Origin: Heterodontus francisci
Taxonomy: Eukaryota
Assembly: GCF_036365525.1 (NCBI RefSeq)
Contig: NW_027140922.1
Coordinates: 62,001 to 126,000, forward strand
Length of the DNA: 64,000 nucleotides
Direction: 5' to 3'
Shown: piece by piece, positions 48,818 to 62,450 of the stretch
Position numbering within the stretch: position 1 is the first letter of the stretch
How the letters are laid out: every line of letters starts with the position of its first letter
Notes under the pieces: generated by a model
Database searches by the model: none
What the model was told of the DNA's origin: nothing
Seen by the model: only the letters and a program-made list of their open reading frames with translations
Position numbers and translations under genes: made by a program

Positions 48818-49176
48818 TCACCCCATCTCTCTATCTTTCTCTCTCTCTCTCTCTCCCTTAATGCATCAATGCAGTGGATCTGATGGGGTAGTTTGGGAGA
48901 AACTATTTCGGTAGGTTGGGGACTCTGGGACGAGTGAGCACAGTCTAAAAATTCGAGGCAGACCTTTCAGGAGTGAAGTTAGGAAACACCTCTACACACT
49001 AAAGGTGGTGTTAGTTTGGAACTGTCTTCTGTAAACGCACGTTGATGTTAAATCAATTGTTAATTTTTAAATCTGAGATTCACCTTCTCGGATGCCTTTT
49101 GGAAATTGAAATATTCTGTTGTCACTCTCTGTCCCTTAGTTATACTGTTGTTTCTGTGTTTGTGTGGGTCTGTGTA

Positions 49177-49238
<62 letters not shown>

Positions 49239-52200
49239 TATGCTTGTTTCTCTCTCCTCTCTCAGAACCTCAGTAAAACTCCACATACATCAGTTTGCCA
49301 TTTTAAGTCGGCTACTTTCGGTGACACCACATCTGCAGAGGGTGCACTTCCTTATGCAGGCTGGTAATAAACCCGTATCCGCAGCTGGCTCCAATGTTCC
49401 CGTGAAAATTTAGTTGTTGTTCGTAGCCATTTTTCTTTCGTGAACAGTCCCTTTAAACATTTGAAGAATCTTTGCAGACGTGTGTAATTTATCAGGGAAC
49501 AGGACCTGCGTGGTACCTTCCAGGCTGCTGCACACAGCTTTGCAGGAACACTGACCGACACTCTCCATCCCAATCTCTTCCTCTTTCTCTCTGGTACTCT
49601 CTCCCCATTGCTATCCTTCCCTTTCTCTCTTATTCTCTCTCTATATCTATCCCTGTCTTTCTCACTGTTACTCTCTCCATCTGGATGGAGGAGGAGAATG
49701 AGAGGCATATACAGAGGCAGCTTTACTCTGTATCTAACCCCACACTGTACCTGCCCTGGGAGTGTTTGATAGAACAGAGAAGACAGAGATTTACTCTGCA
49801 GATAACTTGGCTTGGCAGCATTTGATGGGACCGTGTAGACAGAGCTTTACTCTGTATCCCTGGAATTAAGAAGGGTAAGGGGTGAGTTGATCAAAGTTTA
49901 TAAGATAATCCTGGAAGCTGATGGGGTAGAGAGAGAGAAAATCTTCTCACTGGTTGGGGAACCTGGGACGAGGGGCACAGTCTAAAAATAGAAAATTAAT
50001 CTAAAATTCTTTCAGGCTGAAATCTATAAACATTTCTACACACAAAGGGTGGTGGAATTTTGGAATTGTCTTCCACAAATAACCCCTCCCTATCTCTGCA
50101 ATCTCCTCCAGCTCCACAATCCTCCAATATCTGTGATCCGCTAATTCTGGCCTCTTGAACATCCCCAATTTGAATCGTTCCACCATTGGTGGCCGTACCT
50201 TCAAACTGCCAAGGCCCGAACTCTGGAATTCCTTTCCTAAACCTCTCCGTCTCAGTAACTCTCTTCCCTCTTTGAAGACGCTCCCTAAATCCAACCTCTT
50301 TGACCAGGATTTTGTTCGTCTTGCCTAATAACTCCTTAAGTGACTCGGTGCTGAATTTTAATTTTTAAATTGATTGGAGTGAGGTGTGTGTCACTGGCCA
50401 GGCCAGCATTTATTGTCCATCACTAATTTCCCTTGAGAAGGTGGTGGTGAGCCATGTTCTTGAACCACTGCAGTCCATGTGGGGTAGGTAGACCCACAGT
50501 GCTGTTCAGAAGGGAGTTCCAGGATTGTAACACAGTGCAATATCGTTCCAAGTCAGGATGGTGTGTGACTTTAGTTGTTGTGTGTGGCCATCTTTATCAG
50601 TGCACGGTCCCTTTAAATTTGTGATTTCTTTTTAACGCAGTTAGATGTAAAAGTTCTACAATCTGCCTGTCTCTGCCCATCTCTCCCTCCCTCTTTCTGC
50701 CCATCTCTCCCTCCCTCTCTCGCTCTGCCTCTCTGAAGACCAACATCACATATGTTTCGCTAATTACTCTCTTACTAAGTGCTGCCGCCTTCAAAGATCA
50801 CTGCTCGTGAACCTCCAGCTCCCTCTGTACCTGCACACTCTTGAGAAATATGTCATAGTGTCATCAAACAAAGTCAACATGGTTTCACGAAAGGGAAATC
50901 TCCTTTTAATCTTCTCTGCTCGAAGGAGAACAAGCCCAGCTTCTCCAGTCTATCAGTGTAACTGTAATAATCTGATCCAGGAACCGTTCCAGTAAATCTC
51001 TTCTAAACATTCACCAAAGCCTCCATGTCCTTCCAAAAGTGTGGTCCCAGAATTGGACACAATACTCCAACTGGGGACAAACTATTATTTTATAAAGGTT
51101 TAACATCACTTCCTGACTTTTACACTCTAGACCTCTGTTTATAAAGCTCAGGATCCCATCTGCTTTATTAACCCATCAGCGAAGAGAGAAATTCTCTCCA
51201 TTGACCGGTTCCATTAGACATGAATCCTTGAGTCATTCCAAGGCTGGCGGGAGTGTTTAGGGGAGACCAGAGAGAACCCTGACCTGGTCAGTTTTTATCA
51301 AACAGGAAACCATCAGTACATTGGCACCAATGGGGTGGAAGGAAGCTTCCTATAGTGATAACATTCCCAGCTGCGGATCAGTGGATACAGGGGTCAAATC
51401 CATCTCCACACCATCCCAGTGACTGTACACTGGAGATCTGCCTCTCAATTCTGTGTAACATCTAGAGAGCTATTCAGCTGTGTGATCCATCCCACCTTTC
51501 TCTCACTACCTGTCCACCTCGCCCTCTGCCTCTCCCCCTCACTCGCTGTGTCTCTCCCTCTTTCAACACCACTTTCTCTCCCTCTCTCTCTCCCCTCTCT
51601 CTATCTCTCTCTCTTTGCAGTGTCCCACTAGTCACAGCCTGCCAACCTGAAAATGACCCATTTATTCCTACTCTCTGTTTCCTGTCCATTAACCAGTTCT
51701 CAATCCATGCCAGTATCTTCCCCCCAATCCCATGTGCTCTCATTTTGTTTACTAACCTCTTGTGTGGGATCTTATCAAAAGCTTTCTGAAAATCTAAATC
51801 TATCACATCCACCGGTTCCCCCTTATCTATTCCGCTAGTTACGTCCTCAAAAAAACTCCAACAGGTTTGTTAAAGATGATTTCCCTTTCATAAATCCATG
51901 TTTACTCTGACCATTCCTACCAGTATTTTCTAAGTGTCTGCTTATCACATCCTTTATTATAGATTTGAGAATTTTCCCGATGACTGATGTTAGACTAACA
52001 GGTCCGTAGTTCCCCATTTTCTCTCTCCCTCCTTTTGTAAATAGTGAGGTTACAATTGCTACCTTCCAATCTGCAGGAACCATTCCAGAGTCGATTGAAT
52101 TTTGAAAGATGACCACCAATACATCAACTATCTCTACAGCCACCTCTTTCAACACTCTGGGATGTAGATCATCAGGTCCAGGGGATTTATTTACTTTCAG

Positions 52201-54529
52201 ACCCATTCATTTGTCTCGTACTTTTTTTACTAATATTTATATTTTGCAGTTCATCATTTACACTAGTTCCCTGATTCTCCATTATTTCTGGGAGGTTTTT
52301 AGTATGTTCCTCTGTGTAGACAGACACAAAGTATTTGTTTAGTTTCTCTAGCATTGTCCTAGGATGAGAGACTGAGTAAATTGGACCTGTATTCTCTGTT
52401 ACCCTCTGAATCCCAGTCTCTCCCTCTCTGTTACCCTCTGAATCCCAGTCTCTCCCTCTCTGTTACCCTCTGAATCCCAGTTTCCCCCTCTCTGTTACTC
52501 TCTGAATCCCAGTCTCTCCCTCTCTGTTACCCTCTGAATCCAAGTCTCTCCCCCTCTGTTACCCTCTGAATCCCAGTCTCTCCCCCTCTGTTATCCTCTG
52601 AATCCCAGTTACCCCCTCTCTGTTACTCTCTGAATCCCAGTCTCTCCCTCTCTGTTACCCTCTGAATCCTAGTCTCTCCCCCTCTGTTACCCTCTGAATC
52701 CCAGCCTCTGCCCCTCTGTTACCCTCTGAATCCTAGTCTCTCCCTCTCTGTTACCCACTGAATCCCAGTCTCTCCCTCTCTGTTACCCTCTGAATCCAAG
52801 TCTCTCCCCCTCTGTTACCCTCTGAATCCCAGTCTCTCCCTCTCTGTTACCCTCTGAATCCTAGTCTCTGCCCCTCTGTTATCCTCTGAATCCCAGTCTC
52901 TCCCTCTCTGTTACCTAATCCGAACTTTATAAATGTTCAGCATAACCTCCCTGATAGAGGTTGAAATGGAACACACAAGAACACGAAACCCCCAACACCA
53001 GATTGGACAGAACATGGGAATATTTTATGAAGGGTCTGTTGGTTGATTTTTACTGATGTGTAGATTTTGCAGTCTCTGTGTGTCGGTTTGTGTGTGAATC
53101 AGTGTCTGTATCTGTGTGTGTGTCTCTGCTTCTGCTGCGTTTGACCCGGTCTCAGTTTGTGCTGCACAAGACCATTTCTCTGTTTATAATATAATAGGCC
53201 CTGTCTTTACTCTGTATCTAACCCCATGCTGCCCCTGCCCTGGGAGTGTATGATGGGACAGTGCAGAGGGAAATTTACTCTGTCTCAGCCCACACTGTGC
53301 TTGGCTTGGGAGTGTTTAATGGGACAGTGTAGATGGAGCTTTACTCTGTATCCCTGGAATTTAGAAGATTAAGGGGTGATTTGATGATAATTTTCAGAAT
53401 ATTAAGGGAAACTGATCGGGTAGACAGAGAGAAACTATTCCTACTGGCTGCAGAGTCTAGAACTTGTGAACATAGTCTAAAAATCTAAACATAGTCTAAA
53501 AACCATTCAGGATTGAAATGAAGAAACATTTCAACACACCAGGTGTGGTATCAGTTTGGAACTCTCTTCCACAAACAGCAATCGATGCTGAGACACTTGT
53601 TAATTTTTAAATCTGAGATTGATGGATTTTTACTGACAAAAGGTATGAAGTGATATGGGGCAAAGACAGGTATATGGAGTTAGATCACAGATCAGTCATG
53701 ATCTCATTGAATGACAGAACAGGGTTGAGGGGCTAAATGGCCTCCTCCTCTTCCTCTGTCCTCTGACAAATATCCTGCTATCACTCTCGGTGTCTGGGTC
53801 ACCCTCTCGGTCTGTATCTCCCTCTTTGTGTCTCTTTCTGTCTGTCTGTCTCTCTTTCCCTCCTCTCTCAGAACATCAGTCAGCCATTTTAGGTTTTCAG
53901 TGGCCATTTTATGTTACCACAGCACTGGGACATTTATATCACTGACTGACTCCTCACTAATGTAAGGTTAGTGTTTTAAACTTGACCGAGAAACAGATCC
54001 TGGGATTCAGTTGAATGTAGATTCTCATCCTGAAAAGTGTTAGCTAACGTGTTGGGAAATGTGTCAAAAGCTGTTTCCATTCAGACATTCCTGCATTGTG
54101 GAAGTGTGAGCTCTCTTTGCAGAGACAGGAAATAGGGGTGTTTGAATGGACCTGTAGCTTTTGGTTGATACAATAAGGTGAGAATTTGAATTGTGTCCCT
54201 TGCAGATCCACAGAATGGAAGGTATTTACAGAACACCACATGAAGTAGTTTACCAATGTCTGACAAACTTCAAAGACTTCCGACACATGGAAGAAGAGAA
54301 TGGAACAATATACAAACCCTGAGACAGTCAGACAACAGCAGTAGGAAAATGAATCTCTTTTTCTGGGTTTTAATTTGAAGGCCTGAGCTGATGATTGAAA
54401 AAGCAGGAGTTCAAATCCCACACTGGGATGTTGTGAATTTGAATTCTGTTATTACGCAAACAAGCCTCCCACTCTCTCACTTGCCCTCCCTCTCTCCTTC
54501 CCACTCGGTCTCTCTTTCTCCCCCTCCCG

Positions 54530-54564
<35 letters not shown>

Positions 54565-56221
54565 TCTGTCTTTACGTCAGTTCTTTCAGATATATGGAGA
54601 TATTGGAGAGCTTGGGTTGTTCTCCACTGGTCCTTCCTATCTACTCTATCTGGGCCCATCATCATTTTACACACCTCCATTAAATCTCCCCTCAGCCTCC
54701 TCTGTTCCAAAGAAAACAATTCCAGCCTGTCCAATCTTTCCTCCTGGTTAAAATTCTCCATTCCTGACAACATCCTCTGTAAATCTCCTCTGTACTCTCT
54801 CTAGTGTGATCACATCCTTCCTGTAATGTGGTGACCAGAACTGTACACAGTACTCTAGCTGTGGTCTAACTAGTGTTTTATACAGTTCCAGCATAACCTC
54901 CCTGCTCTTATATTCTATACATCGGCCAATAAAGGAAATTACAATCGAAAATCCTGTGAGAAAAATAATCCCTATTGTTAAAAAAAAAACAGCTAACAAT
55001 TGTCACAGTGCAACACAAGTATGATTTATTAAACTTTAACACAACAGAGTTTGTTACTCAGTCGTGTAAAGTGCATTGCACTATTACTGACCTTTATTCC
55101 AGTCCCTCAATCCCACTTCATCTCGGGGAGATTGTTATAAGATTCACCCCATCATTTCAAACATAAATATTACCCACATCAAACCAGAGCAATTAGAAAT
55201 TGTACACAGCTGCTGATAGCTAGTAACAAGACCGAAGGGAATGTTCAGTCTTCCATCTGCAACCCAGACAAATATATGTCTTCATTTATATTGATATCTG
55301 TCTGTCTGTCTGAATGGAATCAGATGGAGGCCAGGCGTCTCCCATAACAACATTGTTTGACCATTTCACTTTTTCTGACAGACTGAAAGTTTTCATCTAT
55401 CTTGTCTCTATTTTCCTGCAGTGATGTCCTGGGACTGAGCTGATTGACCTCCAACAACCACAACCATCTTCCTTTGTGCTCGGTATGACTCCAACCAGCA
55501 GATTCCCACTGACTTCAGTTTTACTCGGGCTCTTCGATGCCACACTCGGTCAAACGCTGCCTTGATGTTAAGGTCAGTCTCTCTTCCCAGCAGCAGACAG
55601 GAGTGAATTGTTCCCTTTGACCCGTTGTGTACTGAACATGCTCTGCTTCTTCACAGCCTGATACAGGACTGCACACGGCCGATTAATGTAGCCCATCAAA
55701 CACTCCGAGAGCAGGTTCAGCACAGCTTAGGAAGAGAGTACAGTTCCTTCAACATTCTCTCTCTGTCTTCCTCTCTCTGTCTCTCCCTCCTGCTATCTCT
55801 GACACAAGGAGAGAGACAGAGGGAGAGAGGGTTAGATATGCAGACAGAGAGAGAGGGCTGTAGAGAGGGACAAGGTTGGAGAGAGAGAGATTGTTGGGGT
55901 GGATTGAAAGGGAGAATGTAAGATATAATAATTTGATGGAATCCTTCACTCCTGTGTACACAAACAGATAAAGGTAGGTGTGTAGAGTGAAATATTGGTG
56001 GAGAGGGAGAAATGTGGATGAAGTTGGGGCCCAAGCGACCCATTCTGATGATCCAGAAGGAAAGCACTCCATTGTAAACATCCAGCAAGCTATTCCACAG
56101 TGGGAGCCATCACACTTTCATGATATTGTTGTGGAAATCTTGAAATCTATGTCCCTGGTTATTGACCCCTCTGCTAAGGGAAATGGGTCCTTCCTATCCA
56201 CTCTATCTCAGCCCATCAGAG

Positions 56222-56485
56222 TTTCACTCTGTATCTAACCCCGTGCTGCACCTGACCTGGGAGTGTTTGATGGGGACAGTGTAGAGGGAGCTTTACTCTG
56301 TATCTAACCCCGTGCTGCACCTGTCCCGGGAGTGTTTGATGGGGACAGTGTAGAGGGAGCTTTACTCTGTATCTAACCCCATGCTGTATCTGTCCCGGGA
56401 GTGTTTGATGGGGACAGTGTAGAGGGAGCTTTACTCTGTATCTAACCCCATGCTGTATCTGTCCCGGGAGTGTTTGATGGGGACA
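56222..56485. repeat. ~69-bp minisatellite (also 63003-63270 and dispersed monomers)
   Basis: ctctgtatctaaccccgtgctg..gggagtgtttgatggggacagtgtagagggagcttta. Confidence 0.9.
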
Positions 56486-56569
56486 GCATTCTCCATTTTC
56501 ACTCTCTTTCTGCGACTCTCTACATCTTTATCTGTCTCTCTCTTTCCCTGTACCTGGACCCCTCCCTCT

Positions 56570-58709
56570 GGCCTCTTTCTCTCTCTGAATCTGTGTGTCT
56601 CTCTCTGTGCCAGTCTGTCTCTCTCCCTCTCTGAATCTGTGTGTCTCTTTCTTTGTGCCTGTCTCCCTCTCTCTCTCTCTCACAATCTGTGTGTCTCTCT
56701 CTCTGCCTGTCTCTCACTCGGTCTCTCTGAATCTGTGTGTCCCTCTCTGTGCCTGTCTCTCTCTCTGAATCTGTGTGTCTCGCTCTGTGACTGTCTCTCA
56801 CTCTCTGAATCTGTGTGTCCCTCTCTGTGCCTGTCTCTCTCTCTGAATCTGTGTGTCTCGCTCTGTGCCTGTCTCTCTCCCTCTCTCTCTCTCTCTCTGT
56901 GCCTCTCTCTCTCTCTGAATCTGTCTCTCTCTGTCGCAGAATCTGTCTCTCTTTCTGAATCTGTGTTTCTCTCTCTCACTGAACCTGTGTGTCTCTCTGT
57001 GCCTGTCTCTTTTTCTCTGAATCTCTCTCTCTCTCTCACACTCTGAATCTGTGTGTCCCTCTCTGTGCCAGTCTCTCTCTCTCTATCTGTGTGTCTCTCT
57101 CTGTGCCTGTCTCTCTCTCTCTCTCTCTGAATCTGTGTGTGTCTCTCTGTGCCTGTCTCTCTCTCTCTCTCAATCTGTGTTTCTCTCTCTCTCTCTGAAT
57201 CTGTGTCCCTCTCTGTGCCAGTCTCTCTCTCTCTCTCTCTGTGTCTCTCTCTGTGACTGTCTCTCTCTCGCTCACTCTGAATCTGTGTGTCTCTCTCTGT
57301 GCATGTCTCTCTCTCTCTCTCTGAATCTGTGTGTGTCTCTCTGTGCCTGTCTCTCTGTCTCTCTCTCTGAATCTGTGTGTCTCTCTCTCTGTGACTGTCT
57401 CTCTCTCTCTGAATCTGTGTGTCTCTATCTGTGACTGTCTCGATCTCTCTGAATCTGTGTGTCTCTCTCTGTGCCTNNNNNNNNNNNNNNNNNNNNNNNN
57501 NNNNNNNNNNNNNNNNNNNNNNNNNNNNNNNNNNNNNNNNNNNNNNNNNNNNNNNNNNNNNNNNNNNNNNNNNNNNNNNNNNNNNNNNNNNNNNNNNNNN
57601 NNNNNNNNNNNNNNNNNNNNNNNNNNNNNNNNNNNNNNNNNNNNNNNNNNNNNNNTCTGAATCTGTCTCTCTCTCTGCCTGTCTCTCTCTCTCTCAGAAT
57701 CTCTCTCTCTCGCTCTCTCTCACTCTGAATCTGTGTTTCTCTCTCTGTGCCTGTCTCTCTCTCCCTCTGAATCTCTGTGTCTCTCTGTGCCTGTCTATAT
57801 CTCTCTCTCAGAATCTGTCTCTGTCTCTCTCTCTCTCTCTCTCTCTGAATCTGTGTGTCTCTCTCTCTGTCTCTCTCACTCTCTCTGAATCTCTGTGTAT
57901 CTCTCTGTGCCTGTCTCTCTCTCCCTCTGAATCTCTGTGTCTCTCTGTGCCTGTCTATATCTCTCTCTCAGAATCTGTCTCTGTCTCTGTCTCTGTCTCT
58001 CTGTCTCTCAATCTGTGTGTCTCTCTTTCTGTGCCTGTCTCTCTCCCTCTCTCTAAATCTGAGTCTCTCTCTCTCTGCCTGTCTGTCTGCCTGTCTCTCT
58101 CTCAGAATCTGTCTCTCGCACTCTCTCTCTCTCTCTCTGAATCTGTGTGTCTCTCTTTGTGCCAGTCTCTCTCTCTCTATTAATCTCTGTGTATCTCTCT
58201 GTGCCTTTCTCTCTGTCTCTCAATCTGTGTGTCTCTCTCTCTGTCCCTGTCTCTCTCCCTCTCTCTAAATCTGAGTCTCTCTCTCTCTCTGCCTGTCTGT
58301 CTGCCTGTCTCTCTCTCAGAATCTGTCTCTCGCACTCTCTCTCTCTCTCTCTGAATCTGTATGTCTCCCTCTGCGCCCGTCTCTCNNNNNNNNNNNNNNN
58401 NNNNNNNNNNNNNNNNNNNNNNNNNNNNNNNNNNNNNNNNNNNNNNNNNNNNNNNNNNNNNNNNNNNNNNNNNNNNNNNNNNNNNNNNNNNNNNNNNNNN
58501 NNNNNNNNNNNNNNNNGTGCTTGCCTCTCTCTCTGTGCCTGTCGCTCGCTCTGTGCCTGTGTCTCTCTCTCTCTGTGCCTATCTCTCTCTCTCTCTCTCT
58601 CTGTGCTTGCCTCTCTCTCTGTGCCTGTCGCTCGCTCTGTGCCTGTGTCTCTCTCTCTCTCTCTGAATCTGTGTATCTCCCTGTGCCTGTCTATCTCTCT
58701 CTCTCAGAT

Positions 58710-58740
<31 letters not shown>

Positions 58741-59246
58741 CTGTCTGTGTCTCTCTCTGTCTGTCTCTCTCTCCCTCTGAATCTGTGTGTCTCTCTCTGT
58801 GCCTTTCTCTCACTCGGTCTCTNNNNNNNNNNNNNNNNNNNNNNNNNNNNNNNNNNNNNNNNNNNNNNNNNNNNNNNNNNNNNNNNNNNNNNNNNNNNNN
58901 NNNNNNNNNNNNNNNNNNNNNNNNNNNNNNNNNNNNNNNNNNNNNNNNNNNNNNNNNNNNNNNNNNNNNNNNGTCTCTCTCCCTCTCTCTAAATCTGAGT
59001 CTCTCTCTCTCTCTCTCTCTCTGCCTGTCTGGCTGTCTCTCTCCCTCTCTCTGAATCTGTGTGTCTCTCTCTCTGTGCCTGTCTCTCTCTCTCTCTCTGA
59101 ATTTGTGCGTATCTCTCTGTACCTGTCTCTCTCGCTCTCTGAATATGTGCATCTCTGTCCCCCCTCTCTCTCTCTCTGAATCTGTGTGTCATTCTCTCTC
59201 CATCTCTCTCTCTCTCTCTCTCTCTGAATCTGTGCATCTCTCTCTG

Positions 59247-59289
<43 letters not shown>

Positions 59290-60849
59290 CTGTGTTTATC
59301 TCCCTCTGCCAGTCTCTCTCTCCCTCTGAATCTGTGTGTCTCTCTCTGTGACTGTCTCCCTCTCTCTGAATCTGTGTGTCTCTTTCTTTGTGCCTGTCTC
59401 TCTCTCTCTCTGAATCTGTGTGTCTCTCTTTGACTGTCTCTCTCTCTAAATCTGTCTGTCTCTTTCTGTGCCTGTCTGTCCCTCTCCCTCTCTGAATCTG
59501 TGTGTCTCTTTCTTTGTGCCTGTCTCCCTCTCTCTCTCTCTCTCTCTCTCACAATCTGTGTGTCTCTCTCTCTGCCTGTCTCTCACTCGGTCTCTCTGAA
59601 TCTGTGTGTCCCTCTCTGTGCCTGTCTCTCTCTCTCTCACTCTCTGAATCTGTGTGTATCTCTCTGTGCCTGTCTCTCTCTCTGAATCTGTGTCTCTCTC
59701 TGTGCCTGTCTATCTCTCTCCCTCAGAATCTGTCTCTCTCACTCTCTCTCTCTCTCTTTGAATCTGTGTGTCTCTCTCTGTGCCTGTCTCTCTCTCTCTC
59801 ACTCTCTCTCTCTGAATCTCTGTGTCTCTCTCCGTGACTGTCTCTCGCTCTCTGAATCTGAGCGTCTCTCTGTGTGCCTGTCTCTCTCTCCCTCTGAATC
59901 TGTGTCTCTCTCTGTGACTGTCTCTCTCTCTCTCTNNNNNNNNNNNNNNNNNNNNNNNNNNNNNNNNNNNNNNNNNNNNNNNNNNNNNNNNNNNNNNNNN
60001 NNNNNNNNNNNNNNNNNNNNNNNNNNNNNNNNNNNNNNNNNNNNNNNNNNNNNNNNNNNNNNNNNNNNNNNNNNNNNNNNNNNNNNNNNNNNNNNNNNNN
60101 NNNNNNNNNNNNNNNNNNNNNNNNNNNNNNNNNNNNNNNNNNNNNNNNNNNNNNNNNTCTCTCACTCTCTATCTCTCTGAATCTGTGTGTCTCTCTCTGT
60201 GCCTGTCTCTCTCTCTCTCTGTATCTGTGCGTCTCTCTCTGTGACTGTCTCTCGCTCTCTCTGAATCTGTGTGTCTCTCTCTGTGCCTGTCTCTCTCTCT
60301 CTGAATCTGTGTGTCTCTCTCTGTGCCTGTCTCTCTCTCTCTGAATCTGTGTGTCTCTCTCTGTGCCTGTCTCCCTCTCTCTCTGAATCTGTGTGTGTCT
60401 CTCTGTGCCTGTCTCTCTCTCTCTGAATCTGTGTGTCTCTCTCTGTGCCTGTCTCCCTCTCTCTCTGAATCTGTATGTCTCTCGCTCTCTCTGAATCTGT
60501 GCGTCTCTCTCTCTGCCTGTCTCTCTCTCTCTGAATCTGTGTGTCTCTCTCAGTGCCTGTCTCTCCCTCTCTCTGTATCTGTGCGTCTCTCTATGTGCCT
60601 GTCTCTCTCTCTCTGAATCTGTGTGTCACTCTCTCTCTGAATCTGAGTGTCTCTCTCTCTCTCTGAATCTCTGTGTCTCTCTCTGAATCTGTGTTTCACT
60701 CTCTCTCTGAATCTGTGTGTCACTCCCTCTCTGAATCTGTGTGTCTCTCTCTGAATCTGTGTGTCACTCTCTCTCTGAATCTGTGTGTCTCTCTCTGTGC
60801 CAGTCTCGCTCTCTCTCTCTCTGAATCTGTGTGTCTCTCTCTGCGCCAG

Positions 60850-60880
<31 letters not shown>

Positions 60881-61123
60881 CTGTGTGTCTCTCTCTGAAT
60901 CTGTGTGTCACTCTCTCTCTGAATCTGTGTGTCTCTCTAAGTGACTGTCTCTCTCGCTGTCTGAATCTGTGTGTATCTCTCTGTGCCTGTCTCTCTCTCT
61001 CTCTCTCTCTCTCCGCCTGTCACTCTCTCTCTCTCTCTATCTCAATCTCTGAATTTGTATGTCTCTCCCTTTGCCTGTCTCTCACTCTGTCTCTCTGAAT
61101 CTGTGTGTCACTCTCTGTGCCTG

Positions 61124-61158
<35 letters not shown>

Positions 61159-62450
61159 GAGTTTGTATGTCTCTCCCTTTGCCAGTCTCTCTCTCACTCT
61201 ATCTGAATCTGTTTGTCACTCTCTGTGCCTGTCTCTCTCTCTCTCTCTCTCCCCCTGTGTCTCTCTGTGCCTGTCTCTCTCTCTCTGAATCTGTGTCTCT
61301 CTCTCTGTGCCTATCTCTCTATCTGAATCTGTGTGTCTCTTTCTTTGTGCCTGTCTGTCTCTCTCTCACTCTCTCTGAATCTGTGTGTCTCTCTCTCTCT
61401 GCCTATCTCTCTATCTGAATCTGTGTGTCTCTTTCTTTGTGCCTGTCTCTCTCTCTCTCTCACTCTCTCTGAATCTGTGTGTCTCTCTCTCTGCCTGTCT
61501 CTCAGTTGGTCTCTCTCAATCTCTGTGTGTCCCTCTCTGTGCCTGTCTCTCTCTCTCTCAGAATCTGTTTCTCTCGCTCTCTCTCTGAATCTGTGTGTCT
61601 TTCTCTCTGTGACTGGCTCTCTCTCGCTCTCTAAATCTGAGTCTCTCTCTCTCTCTCTCTCTGCATGTCTATCTCTCTTCTCAGAATCTGTCTCTCTCAC
61701 TCTCTCTCTCTTTGAATCTGTGTGTCTCTCTGTGTGCCTGTCTCTCTCTCGCTCTCTGAATCTGTCTCTCTCTCTGTGCCTGTCTCTTTCTCTCTGAATC
61801 GGTGTGTCTGTCTCTGTGACTGTCTCTATCTCTCTGAATCTGTGTGTCTCTCTGTGCCTGTCTCTCTCTCTCTCTGTATCTGTGCGTCTCTCTCTGTGCC
61901 TGTCTCTTGCTCTCTCTGAATCTGTGTGTCTCTCTCTGTGCCTGTCTCTCGCTCTCTGAATCTGTGTGTCTCTCTCTGTGCCTGTCTCCCTCTCTCTCTG
62001 AATCTGTGCGTCTCTCTCTGTGCCTGTCTCTCTCTCTCACTGAATCTGTGCGTCTCTCTCTCTGCCTGTCTCTCTCTCTCTGAATCTGTGTGTCTCTCTC
62101 TGTGACTGTCTCTATCTCTCTGAATCTGTGTGTCTCTCTCTGTGCCTGTCTCTCTCTCTGTATCTGTGCGTCTCTCTCTGTGCCCGTCTCTCTCTCTCTC
62201 TGTATCTGTGCGTCTCTCTATGTGCCTGTCTCTCTCTCTTCTCAGAATGTGTCTCTCTCACTCTCTCTCTCTCTTTGAACCTGTGTGTCTCTTTCTGTGC
62301 CTGTGCCTCTCTCTCTCTTTGACGCTGTGTGTCTCTCTATGTGCCTGTCTCTCTCTGTCCCTCAGAATCTGTCTCTCTCACTCTCTCTCTCTCTCTGAAT
62401 CTGTGTCTCTCTCTGTGCCTGTCTATCTCTCTCCCTCAGAATCTGTCTAG
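56570..62450. repeat. ~6-kb CT-rich satellite (tctctgaatctgtgtgtctc..ctgtgcctgtc) with N gaps
   Basis: Low-complexity tandem units; the many SLSL/RERE ORFs are artefacts. Confidence 0.95.
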
